A DNA stretch of 64,000 bases from Eledone cirrhosa (taxonomy: Eukaryota), in contig OZ024744.1 in NCBI GenBank assembly GCA_964016885.1, positions 103,292,001-103,356,000 of the forward strand, read 5' to 3'. Position 1 is the first letter of the stretch; each line of letters begins with the position of its first letter. The translations under genes and the position numbers were made by a program. This document shows positions 31,301 to 44,878 of this stretch, in pieces. The notes beneath the pieces were generated by a model. It was not told the DNA's origin and made no database searches. It worked only from the letters and a program-made list of their open reading frames with translations.

Positions 31301-32099
31301 TATATCACCAACACTAGGTAGATTATCATGTTTATGACATAGAAGAATGTAGTAGGTGTGTATATCACCAACACTAGATAGGTTATCATGTTTATGACAT
31401 AGAAGAATGTAGTAGGTGTGTATATCACCAACACTAGGTAGGTTATCATGTTTATGACATAGAAGAATGTAGTAGGTGTGTATATCACCAACACTAGGTA
31501 GGTTATCATGTTTATGACACAGAAGAATATAGTAGGTGTGTATATCACTAACACTAGGTAGGGTATCATGTTTATGACACAGAAGAATGTAGTAGGTGTG
31601 TATATCACCAACACTAGGTAGGTTATCATGTTTATGACACAGAAGAATGTAGTAGGTGTGTATATCACCAACACTAGGTATGTTATCATGTTTATGACAT
31701 AGAAGAATGTAGTAGGTGTGTAAATCACCAACACTAGGTAGGTTATCATGTTTATGACACAGAAGAATGTAGTAGGTGTGTATATCACCAACACTAGGTA
31801 GGTTATCATGTTTATGACATAGAAGAATGTAGTAGGTGTGTATATCACCAACACTAGGTAGGTTATCATGTTTATGACACAGAAGAATGTAGTAGGTGTG
31901 TATATCACCAACACTAGGTAGGTTATCATGTTTATAACATAGAAGAATGTAGTAGGTGTGTATATCACCAACACTAGGTAGGTTATCATGTTTATGACAC
32001 AGAAGAATGTAGTAGGTGTGTATACCACCAACACTAGGTAGGTTATCATGTTTAAGACATAGAAGAATGTAGTAGGTGTGTATATCACCAACACTAGGT

Positions 32100-35000
32100 A
32101 GGTTATCATGTTTATGACACAGAAGAATGTAGTAGGTGTGCATACCACCAACACTAGGTAGGTTATCATGTTTATGACACAGAAGAATGTAGTAGGTGTG
32201 TATATCACCAACACTAGGTAGGTTATCATGTTTATGACATAGAAGAATGTAGTAGGTGTGTAAATCACTAACACTAGGTAGGTTATCATGTTTATGACAC
32301 AGAAGAATATAGTAGGTGTGTATATCACCAACACTAGGCAGGTTATCATGTTTATGACATAGAAGAATGTAGTAGGTGTGTATATCACCAACACTAGGTA
32401 GGTTATCATGTTTATGACACAGAGGAACGTAGTAGGTGTGTATATCACCAACACTAGGTAGGTTATCATGTTTATGACACAGAAGAATGTAGTAGTTGTG
32501 TATATCAGCAACACTAGGTAGGTTATCATGTTTATGACATAGAAGAATGTAGTAGGTGTGTATATCACCAACACTAGGTAGGTTATCATGTTTATGACAT
32601 AGAAGAATGTAGTAGATGTGTATATCACCAACACTAGGTAGGTTATCATGTTTATGACATAGAAGAATGTAGTAGGTGTGTATATCACCAACACAAGGTA
32701 GGTTATCATGTTTATGACATAGAAGAATGTAGTAGGTGTGTATATCACCAACACTAGGTAGGTTATCATGTTTATGACATAGAAGAATGTAGTAGGTGTG
32801 TATATCACCAACACTAGGTAGGTTATCATGTTTATGACACAGAAGAATGTAGTAGGTGTGTAAATCACCAACACTAGGTAGGTTATCATGTTTATGAAAT
32901 AGAAGAATGTAGTAGGTGTGTATATCACCAACACTAGGTAGATTATCATGTTTATGACATAGAAGAATGTAGTAGGTGTGTATATCACCAACACTAGATA
33001 GGTTATCATGTTTATGACATAGAAGAATGTAGTAGGTGTGTATATCACCAACACTAGGTAGGTTATCATGTTTATGACATAGAAGAATGTAGTAGGTGTG
33101 TATATCACCAACACTAGGTAGGTTATCATGTTTATGACACGGAAGAATATAGTAGGTGTGTATATCACTAACACTAGGTAGGGTATCATGTTTATGACAC
33201 AGAAGAATGTAGTAGGTGTGTATATCACCAACACTAGGTAGGTTATCATGTTTATGACACAGAAGAATGTAGTAGGTGTGTATATCACCAACACTAGGTA
33301 TGTTATCATGTTTATGACATAGAAGAATGTAGTAGGTGTGTAAATCACCAACACTAGGTAGGTTATCATGTTTATGACACAGAAGAATGTAGTAGGTGTG
33401 TATATCACCAACACTAGGTAGGTTATCATGTTTATGACATAGAAGAATGTAGTAGGTGTGTATATCACCAACACTAGGTAGGTTATCATGTTTATGACAC
33501 AGAAGAATGTAGTAGGTGTGTATATCACCAACACTAGGTAGGTTATCATGTTTATAACATAGAAGAATGTAGTAGGTGTGTATATCACCAACACTAGGTA
33601 GGTTATCATGTTTATGACACAGAAGAATGTAGTAGGTGTGTATATCACCAACACTAGGTAGGTTATCATGTTTATGACACAGAAGAATGTAGTAGGTGTG
33701 TATATCACCAACACTAGGTAGGTTATCATGTTTATGACATAGAAGAATGTAGTAGGTGTGTATACCACCAACACTAGGTAGGTTATCATGTTTATGACAT
33801 AGAAGAATGTAGTAGGTGTGTATATCACCAACACTAGGTAGGTTATCATGTTTATGACACAGAGGAACGTAGTAGGTGTGTATATCACCAACACTAGGTA
33901 GGTTATCATGTTTATGACACAGAAGAATGTAGTAGGTGTGTATATCACCAACACTAGGTAGGTTAACATGTTTATGACATAGAAGAATGTAGTAGGTGTG
34001 TATATCACCAACACTAGGTAGGTTATCATGTTTATGACACAGAAGAATGTAGTAGGTGTGTATATCACCAACACTAGGTAGGTTATCATGTTTATGACAT
34101 AGAAGAATGTAGTAGGTGTGTATATCACCAACACTAGGTAGGTTATCATGTTTATGACACAGAAGAATGTAGTAGGTGTGTATATCACCAACACTAGGTA
34201 GGTTATCATGTTTATGACACAGAAGAATGTAGTAGATGTGTATATCACCAACACTAGGTAGGTTATCATGTTTATGACATAGAAGAATGTAGTAGGTGTG
34301 TATATATCCAACACTAGGTAGGTTAACATGTTTATGACATAGAAGAATGTAGTAGGTGTGTAAATCACCAACACTAGGTAGGTTATCATGTTTAAGACAT
34401 AGAAGAATGTAGTAGGTGTGTATATCACCAACACTAGGTAGGTTATCATGTTTATGACATAGAAGAATGTAGTAGGTGTGTATACCACCAACACTAGGTA
34501 GGTTATCATGTTTATGACACAGAAGAATGTAGTAGGTGTGCATACCACCAACACTAGGTAGGTTATCATGTTTATGACACAGAAGAATGTAGTAGGTGTG
34601 TATATCACCAACACTAGGTAGGTTATCATGTTTATGACATAGAAGAATGTAGTAGGTGTGTAAATCACTAACACTAGGTAGGTTATCATGTTTATGACAC
34701 AGAAGAATATAGTAGGTGTGTATATCACCAACACTAGGCAGGTTATCATGTTTATGACATAGAAGAATGTAGTAGGTGTGTATATCACCAACACTAGGTA
34801 GGTTATCATGTTTATGACACAGAGGAACGTAGTAGGTGTGTATATCACCAACACTAGGTAGGTTATCATGTTTATGACACAGAAGAATGTAGTAGTTGTG
34901 TATATCAGCAACACTAGGTAGGTTATCATGTTTATGACATAGAAGAATGTAGTAGGTGTGTATATCACCAACACTAGGTAGGTTATCATGTTTATGACAT

Positions 35001-36899
35001 AGAAGAATGTAGTAGATGTGTATATCACCAACACTAGGTAGGTTATCATGTTTATGACATAGAAGAATGTAGTAGGTGTGTATATCACCAACACAAGGTA
35101 GGTTATCATGTTTATGACATAGAAGAATGTAGTAGGTGTGTATATCACCAACACTAGGTAGGTTATCATGTTTATGACATAGAAGAATGTAGTAGGTGTG
35201 TATATCACCAACACTAGGTAGGTTATCATGTTTATGACACAGAAGAATGTAGTAGGTGTGTAAATCACCAACACTAGGTAGGTTATCATGTTTATGAAAT
35301 AGAAGAATGTAGTAGGTGTGTATATCACCAACACTAGGTAGATTATCATGTTTATGACATAGAAGAATGTAGTAGGTGTGTATATCACCAACACTAGATA
35401 GGTTATCATGTTTATGACATAGAAGAATGTAGTAGGTGTGTATATCACCAACACTAGGTAGGTTATCATGTTTATGACATAGAAGAATGTAGTAGGTGTG
35501 TATATCACCAACACTAGGTAGGTTATCATGTTTATGACACGGAAGAATATAGTAGGTGTGTATATCACTAACACTAGGTAGGGTATCATGTTTATGACAC
35601 AGAAGAATGTAGTAGGTGTGTATATCACCAACACTAGGTAGGTTATCATGTTTATGACACAGAAGAATGTAGTAGGTGTGTATATCACCAACACTAGGTA
35701 TGTTATCATGTTTATGACATAGAAGAATGTAGTAGGTGTGTAAATCACCAACACTAGGTAGGTTATCATGTTTATGACACAGAAGAATGTAGTAGGTGTG
35801 TATATCACCAACACTAGGTAGGTTATCATGTTTATGACATAGAAGAATGTAGTAGGTGTGTATATCACCAACACTAGGTAGGTTATCATGTTTATGACAC
35901 AGAAGAATGTAGTAGGTGTGTATATCACCAACACTAGGTAGGTTATCATGTTTATAACATAGAAGAATGTAGTAGGTGTGTATATCACCAACACTAGGTA
36001 GGTTATCATGTTTATGACACAGAAGAATGTAGTAGGTGTGTATATCACCAACACTAGGTAGGTTATCATGTTTATGACACAGAAGAATGTAGTAGGTGTG
36101 TATATCACCAACACTAGGTAGGTTATCATGTTTATGACATAGAAGAATGTAGTAGGTGTGTATACCACCAACACTAGGTAGGTTATCATGTTTATGACAT
36201 AGAAGAATGTAGTAGGTGTGTATATCACCAACACTAGGTAGGTTATCATGTTTATGACACAGAGGAACGTAGTAGGTGTGTATATCACCAACACTAGGTA
36301 GGTTATCATGTTTATGACACAGAAGAATGTAGTAGGTGTGTATATCACCAACACTAGGTAGGTTAACATGTTTATGACATAGAAGAATGTAGTAGGTGTG
36401 TATATCACCAACACTAGGTAGGTTATCATGTTTATGACACAGAAGAATGTAGTAGGTGTGTATATCACCAACACTAGGTAGGTTATCATGTTTATGACAT
36501 AGAAGAATGTAGTAGGTGTGTATATCACCAACACTAGGTAGGTTATCATGTTTATGACACAGAAGAATGTAGTAGGTGTGTATATCACCAACACTAGGTA
36601 GGTTATCATGTTTATGACACAGAAGAATGTAGTAGATGTGTATATCACCAACACTAGGTAGGTTATCATGTTTATGACATAGAAGAATGTAGTAGGTGTG
36701 TATATATCCAACACTAGGTAGGTTAACATGTTTATGACATAGAAGAATGTAGTAGGTGTGTAAATCACCAACACTAGGTAGGTTATCATGTTTAAGACAT
36801 AGAAGAATGTAGTAGGTGTGTATATCACCAACACTAGGTAGGTTATCATGTTTATGACATAGAAGAATGTAGTAGGTGTGTATACCACCAACACTAGGT
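32100..36899. repeat. 40-monomer (2400-bp) near-perfect tandem duplication nested in higher-order copy 4
   Basis: Block-specific markers cataccacc in lines 32101/34501, atgaaat 32881/35281 and ggaagaatat 33121/35521, all at offset 2400. Confidence 0.94.
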
Positions 36900-37019
36900 A
36901 GGTTATCATGTTTATGACACAGAAGAATGTAGTAGGTGTGTATATCACCAACACTAGGTAGGTTATCATGTTTATGACATAGAAGAATGTAGTAGGTGTG
37001 TATATCACCAACACTAGGT

Positions 37020-40000
37020 AGGTTATCATGTTTATGACATAGAAGAATATAGTAGGTGTGTATATCACCAACACTAGGTAGGTTATCATGTTTATGACAT
37101 AGAAGAATGTAGTAGGTGTGTATATCACCAACACTAGGTAGGTTATCATGTTTATGACACAGACGAATGTAGTAGGTGTGTATATCACCAACACTAGGTA
37201 GGTTATCATGTTTATGACATAGAAGAATGTAGTAGGTGTGTATATCACCAACACTAGGTAGGTTATCATGTTTATGACACAGACGAATGTAGTAGGTGTG
37301 TATATCACCAACACTAGGTAGGTTATCATGTTTATGACATAGAAGAATGTAGTAGGTGTGTATATACCAACACTAGGTAGGTTATCATGTTTATGACACA
37401 GACGAATGTAGTAGGTGTGTATATCACCAACACTAGGTAGGTTATCATGTTTATGACATAGAAGAATGTAGTAGGTGTGTATATCACCAACACTAGGTAG
37501 GTTATCATGTTTATGACATAGAAGAATGTAGTAGGTGTGTAAATCACCAACACTAGGTAGGTTATCATGTTTATGACATAGAAGAATGTAGTAGGTGTGT
37601 ATATCACCAACACTAGGTAGATTATCATGTTTATGACATAGAAGAATGTAGTAGGTGTGTATATCACCAACACTAGGTAGGTTATCATGTTTATGACATA
37701 GAAGAATGTAGTAGGTGTGTATATCACCAACACTAGGTAGGTTATCATGTTTATGACATAGAAGAATGTAGTAGGTGTGTATATCACCAACACTAGGTAG
37801 GTTATCATGTTTATGACATAGAAGAATGTAGTAGGTGTGTATACCACCAACACTAGGTAGGTTATCATGTTTATGACACAGAAGAATGTAGTAGGTGTGT
37901 ATATCACCAACACTAGGTAGGTTATCATGTTTATGACATAGAAGAATGTAGTAGATGTGTATATCACCAACACTAGGTAGGTTATCATGTTTATGACATA
38001 GAAGAATGTAGTAGGTGTGTATACCACCAACACTAGGTAGGTTATCATGTTTATGCCACAGAAGAATGTAGTAGGTGTGTATATCACCAACACTAGGTAG
38101 GTTATCATGTTTATGACATAGAAGAATGTAGTAGATGTGTATATCACCAACACTAGGTAGGTTATCATGTTTATGACACAGAAGAATGTAGTAGGTGTGT
38201 ATATCACCAACACTAGGTAGGTTATCATGTTTATGACATAGAAGAATGTAGTAGGTGTGTATATCACCAACACTAGGTAGGTTATCATGTTTATGACATA
38301 GAAGAATGTAGTAGGTGTGTATATCACCAGCACTAGGTAGGTTATCATGTTTATGACATAGAAGAATGTAGTAGGTGTGTATATCACCAACACTAGGTAG
38401 GTTATCATGTTTATGACATAGAAGAATGTAGTAGGTGTGTATACCACCAACATTAGGTAGGTTATCATGTTTATGACATAGAAGAATATAGTAGGTGTGT
38501 ATATCACCAACACTATGTAGGTTATCATGTTTATGACATAGAAGAATATAGTAGGTGTGTATATCACCAACACTAGGTAGGTTATCATGTTTATGACATA
38601 GAAGAATGTAGTAGGTGTGTATATCACCAACACTAGGTAGGTTATCATGTTTATGACACAGACGAATGTAGTAGGTGTGTATATCACCAACACTAGGTAG
38701 GTTATCATGTTTATGACATAGAAGAATGTAGTAGGTGTGTATATCACCAACACTAGGTAGGTTATCATGTTTATGACACAGACGAATGTAGTAGGTGTGT
38801 ATATCACCAACACTAGGTAGGTTATCATGTTTATGACATAGAAGAATGTAGTAGGTGTGTATATCACCAACACTAGGTAGGTTATCATGTTTATGACACA
38901 GACGAATGTAGTAGGTGTGTATATCACCAACACTAGGTAGGTTATCATGTTTATGACATAGAAGAATGTAGTAGGTGTGTATATCACCAACACTAGGTAG
39001 GTTATCATGTTTATGACATAGAAGAATGTAGTAGGTGTGTAAATCACCAACACTAGGTAGGTTATCATGTTTATGACATAGAAGAATGTAGTAGGTGTGT
39101 ATATCACCAACACTAGGTAGATTATCATGTTTATGACATAGAAGAATGTAGTAGGTGTGTATATCACCAACACTAGGTAGGTTATCATGTTTATGACATA
39201 GAAGAATGTAGTAGGTGTGTATATCACCAACACTAGGTAGGTTATCATGTTTATGACATAGAAGAATGTAGTAGGTGTGTATATCACCAACACTAGGTAG
39301 GTTATCATGTTTATGACATAGAAGAATGTAGTAGGTGTGTATACCACCAACACTAGGTAGGTTATCATGTTTATGACACAGAAGAATGTAGTAGGTGTGT
39401 ATATCACCAACACTAGGTAGGTTATCATGTTTATGACATAGAAGAATGTAGTAGATGTGTATATCACCAACACTAGGTAGGTTATCATGTTTATGACATA
39501 GAAGAATGTAGTAGGTGTGTATACCACCAACACTAGGTAGGTTATCATGTTTATGCCACAGAAGAATGTAGTAGGTGTGTATATCACCAACACTAGGTAG
39601 GTTATCATGTTTATGACATAGAAGAATGTAGTAGATGTGTATATCACCAACACTAGGTAGGTTATCATGTTTATGACACAGAAGAATGTAGTAGGTGTGT
39701 ATATCACCAACACTAGGTAGGTTATCATGTTTATGACATAGGAGAATGTAGTAGGTGTGTATATCACCAACACTAGGTAGGTTATCATGTTTATGACATA
39801 GAAGAATGTAGTAGGTGTGTATATCACCAGCACTAGGTAGGTTATCATGTTTATGACATAGAAGAATGTAGTAGGTGTGTATATCACCAACACTAGGTAG
39901 GTTATCATGTTTATGACATAGAAGAATGTAGTAGGTGTGTATACCACCAACACTAGGTAGGTTATCATGTTTATGACATAGAAGAATATAGTAGGTGTGT

Positions 40001-43000
40001 ATATCACCAACACTAGGTAGGTTATCATGTTTATGACACAGAAGAATGTAGTAGGTGTGTATATCACCAACACTAGGTAGGTTATCATGTTTATGACACA
40101 GAAGAATGTAGTAGGTGTGTATATCACCAACACTAGGTAGGTTATCATGTTTATGACATAGAAGAATATAGTAGGTGTGTATATCACCAACACTAGGTAG
40201 GTTATCATGTTTATGACATAGAAGAATGTAGTAGGTGTGTATATCACCAACACTAGGTAGGTTATCATGTTTATGACACAGAAGAATGTAGTAGGTGTGT
40301 ATATCACCAACACTAGGTAGGTTATCATGTTCATGACATAGAAGAATATAATAGGTGTGTAAATCACCAACACTAGGTAGGTTATCATGTTTATGACACA
40401 GAAGAGTGTAGTAGGTGTGTATATCACCAACACTAGGTAGGTTATCATGTTTATGACACAGAAGAATGTAGTAGGTGTGTATATCACCAACACTAGGTAG
40501 GGTATCATGTTTATGACATAGAAGAATGTAGTAGTTGTGTACATCATCAACACTAGGTAGGCTATCATGTTTATGACACAGAAGATTGTAGTAGGTGTGT
40601 ATATCACCAACACTAGGTAGGTTATCATGTTTATGACACAGAAGATTGTAGTAGGTGTGTATATCACCAACACTAGGTAGGTTATCATGTTTATGACACA
40701 GAAGAATGTAGTAGGTGTGTATATCACCAACACTAGGTAGGTTATCATGTTTATGACACAGAAGAATGTAGTAGGTGTGTAAATCACTAACACTAGGTAG
40801 GTTATCATGTTTATGACATAGAAGAATGTAGTAGGTGTGTATATCACCAACACTAGGTAGGTTATCATGTTTATGACACAGAAGAATGTAGTAGGTGTGT
40901 AAATCACTAACACTAGGTAGGTTTTCATGTTTATGACACAGAAGAATGTAGTAGGTGTGTGTATCACCAACACTAGGTAGGTTATCATGTTTATGACATA
41001 GAAGAATGTAGTAGGTGTGTAAATCACTAACACTAGGTAGGTTATCATGTTTATGACACAGAAGAATATAGTAGGTGTGTATATCACCAACACTAGGTAG
41101 GTTATCATGTTTATGACACAGAAGAATGTAGTAGGTGTGTATATCACCAACACTAGGTAGATTATCATGTTTATGACATAGAAGAATGTAGTAGGTGTGT
41201 ATATCACCAACACTAGGTAGGTTATCATGTTTATGACATAGAAGAATGTAGTAGGTGTGTATATCACCAACACTAGGTAGGTTATCATGTTTATGACATA
41301 GAAGAATGTAGTAGGTGTGTATATCACCAACACTAGGTAGGTTATCATGTTTATGACATAGAAGAATGTAGTAGGTGTGTATACCACCAACACTAGGTAG
41401 GTTATCATGTTTATGACACAGAAGAATGTAGTAGGTGTGTATATCACCAACATTAGGTAGGTTATCATGTTTATGACATAGAAGAATGTAGTAGATGTGT
41501 ATATCACCAACACTAGGTAGGTTATCATGTTTATGACATAGAAGAATGTAGTAGGTGTGTATACCACCAACACTAGGTAGGTTATCATGTTTATGCCACA
41601 GAAGAATGTAGTAGGTGTGTATATCACCAACACTAGGTAGGTTATCATGTTTATGACATAGAAGAATGTAGTAGATGTGTATATCACCAACACTAGGTAG
41701 GTTATCATGTTTATGACACAGAAGAATGTAGTAGGTGTGTATATCACCAACACTAGGTAGGTTATCATGTTTATGACATAGAAGAATGTAGTAGGTGTGT
41801 ATATCACCAACACTAGGTAGGTTATCATGTTTATGACATAGAAGAATGTAGTAGGTGTGTATATCACCAGCACTAGGTAGGTTATCATGTTTATGACATA
41901 GAAGAATGTAGTAGGTGTGTATATCACCAACACTAGGTAGGTTATCATGTTTATGACATAGAAGAATGTAGTAGGTGTGTATACCACCAACATTAGGTAG
42001 GTTATCATGTTTATGACATAGAAGAATATAGTAGGTGTGTATATCACCAACACTATGTAGGTTATCATGTTTATGACATAGAAGAATATAGTAGGTGTGT
42101 ATATCACCAACACTAGGTAGGTTATCATGTTTATGACATAGAAGAATGTAGTAGGTGTGTATATCACCAACACTAGGTAGGTTATCATGTTTATGACACA
42201 GACGAATGTAGTAGGTGTGTATATCACCAACACTAGGTAGGTTATCATGTTTATGACATAGAAGAATGTAGTAGGTGTGTATATCACCAACACTAGGTAG
42301 GTTATCATGTTTATGACACAGACGAATGTAGTAGGTGTGTATATCACCAACACTAGGTAGGTTATCATGTTTATGACATAGAAGAATGTAGTAGGTGTGT
42401 ATATCACCAACACTAGGTAGGTTATCATGTTTATGACACAGACGAATGTAGTAGGTGTGTATATCACCAACACTAGGTAGGTTATCATGTTTATGACATA
42501 GAAGAATGTAGTAGGTGTGTATATCACCAACACTAGGTAGGTTATCATGTTTATGACATAGAAGAATGTAGTAGGTGTGTAAATCACCAACACTAGGTAG
42601 GTTATCATGTTTATGACATAGAAGAATGTAGTAGGTGTGTATATCACCAACACTAGGTAGATTATCATGTTTATGACATAGAAGAATGTAGTAGGTGTGT
42701 ATATCACCAACACTAGGTAGGTTATCATGTTTATGACATAGAAGAATGTAGTAGGTGTGTATATCACCAACACTAGGTAGGTTATCATGTTTATGACATA
42801 GAAGAATGTAGTAGGTGTGTATATCACCAACACTAGGTAGGTTATCATGTTTATGACATAGAAGAATGTAGTAGGTGTGTATACCACCAACACTAGGTAG
42901 GTTATCATGTTTATGACACAGAAGAATGTAGTAGGTGTGTATATCACCAACACTAGGTAGGTTATCATGTTTATGACATAGAAGAATGTAGTAGATGTGT

Positions 43001-44878
43001 ATATCACCAACACTAGGTAGGTTATCATGTTTATGACATAGAAGAATGTAGTAGGTGTGTATACCACCAACACTAGGTAGGTTATCATGTTTATGCCACA
43101 GAAGAATGTAGTAGGTGTGTATATCACCAACACTAGGTAGGTTATCATGTTTATGACATAGAAGAATGTAGTAGATGTGTATATCACCAACACTAGGTAG
43201 GTTATCATGTTTATGACACAGAAGAATGTAGTAGGTGTGTATATCACCAACACTAGGTAGGTTATCATGTTTATGACATAGAAGAATGTAGTAGGTGTGT
43301 ATATCACCAACACTAGGTAGGTTATCATGTTTATGACATAGAAGAATGTAGTAGGTGTGTATATCACCAGCACTAGGTAGGTTATCATGTTTATGACATA
43401 GAAGAATGTAGTAGGTGTGTATATCACCAACACTAGGTAGGTTATCATGTTTATGACATAGAAGAATGTAGTAGGTGTGTATACCACCAACACTAGGTAG
43501 GTTATCTTGTTTATGACATAGAAGAATATAGTAGGTGTGTATATCACCAACACTAGGTAGGTTATCATGTTTATGACACAGAAGAATGTAGTAGGTGTGT
43601 ATATCACCAACACTAGGTAGGTTATCATGTTTATGACACAGAAGAATGTAGTAGGTGTGTATATCACCAACACTAGGTAGGTTATCATGTTTATGACATA
43701 GAAGAATATAGTAGGTGTGTATATCACCAACACTAGGTAGGTTATCATGTTTATGACATAGAAGAATGTAGTAGGTGTGTATATCACCAACACTAGGTAG
43801 GTTATCATGTTTATGACACAGAAGAATGTAGTAGGTGTGTATATCACCAACACTAGGTAGGTTATCATGTTCATGACATAGAAGAATATAATAGGTGTGT
43901 AAATCACCAACACTAGGTAGGTTATCATGTTTATGACATAGAAGAATGTAGTAGGTGTGTATATCACCAGCACTAGGTAGGTTATCATGTTTATGACATA
44001 GAAGAATGTAGTAGGTGTGTATATCACCAACACTAGGTAGGTTATCATGTTTATGACATAGAAGAATGTAGTAGGTGTGTATACCACCAACACTAGGTAG
44101 GTTATCATGTTTATGACATAGAAGAATATAGTAGGTGTGTATATCACCAACACTAGGTAGGTTATCATGTTTATGACACAGAAGAATGTAGTAGGTGTGT
44201 ATATCACCAACACTAGGTAGGTTATCATGTTTATGACACAGAAGAATGTAGTAGGTGTGTATATCACCAACACTAGGTAGGTTATCATGTTTATGACATA
44301 GAAGAATATAGTAGGTGTGTATATCACCAACACTAGGTAGGTTATCATGTTTATGACATAGAAGAATGTAGTAGGTGTGTATATCACCAACACTAGGTAG
44401 GTTATCATGTTTATGACACAGAAGAATGTAGTAGGTGTGTATATCACCAACACTAGGTAGGTTATCATGTTCATGACATAGAAGAATATAATAGGTGTGT
44501 AAATCACCAACACTAGGTAGGTTATCATGTTTATGACACAGAAGAGTGTAGTAGGTGTGTATATCACCAACACTAGGTAGGTTATCATGTTTATGACACA
44601 GAAGAATGTAGTAGGTGTGTATATCACCAACACTAGGTAGGGTATCATGTTTATGACATAGAAGAATGTAGTAGTTGTGTACATCACCAACACTAGGTAG
44701 GCTATCATGTTTATGACACAGAAGATTGTAGTAGGTGTGTATATCACCAACACTAGGTAGGTTATCATGTTTATGACACAGAAGATTGTAGTAGGTGTGT
44801 ATATCACCAACACTAGGTAGGTTATCATGTTTATGACACAGAAGAATGTAGTAGGTGTGTATATCACCAACACTAGGT
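37020..44878. repeat. Nested 25-monomer (1500-bp) and 59-monomer (3540-bp) duplications
   Basis: The gacg triplet and atgcca recur at +1500 (38056/39556 and 41596/43096). cattagg in lines 38401/41941, ctatgtag 38461/42001 and ttcatg 40321/43861 recur at +3540. Confidence 0.88.
37364..37368. other. 1-bp deletion of C in a monomer (59-bp unit)
   Basis: tatatcacc reads tatatacc, and the phase shifts by a further -1. Confidence 0.95.

Larger units (their letters stand above)
9241..38398. repeat. Large higher-order repeat with four related copies of about 92, 109, 127 and 158 monomers
   Basis: Marker ttatcaG at 9610, 15130, 21670 and 29289 (spacings 5520, 6540, 7619). Marker atgCca at 14418, 21078, 28577 and 38056. 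The same ordered variant series (aacaat, actaggc, atcagc, acaagg, actagat, atgttat, gacg triplet) occurs in each copy. Confidence 0.88.

Noticed and set aside
4241-34543. 10,100-aa ORF as a giant protein gene
   Set aside because: It is a chimera of two repeat frames joined by the 1-bp deletion at about 28319. Its ATG (34543) and stop (4241) are single-base monomer variants, and it has no unique domain.
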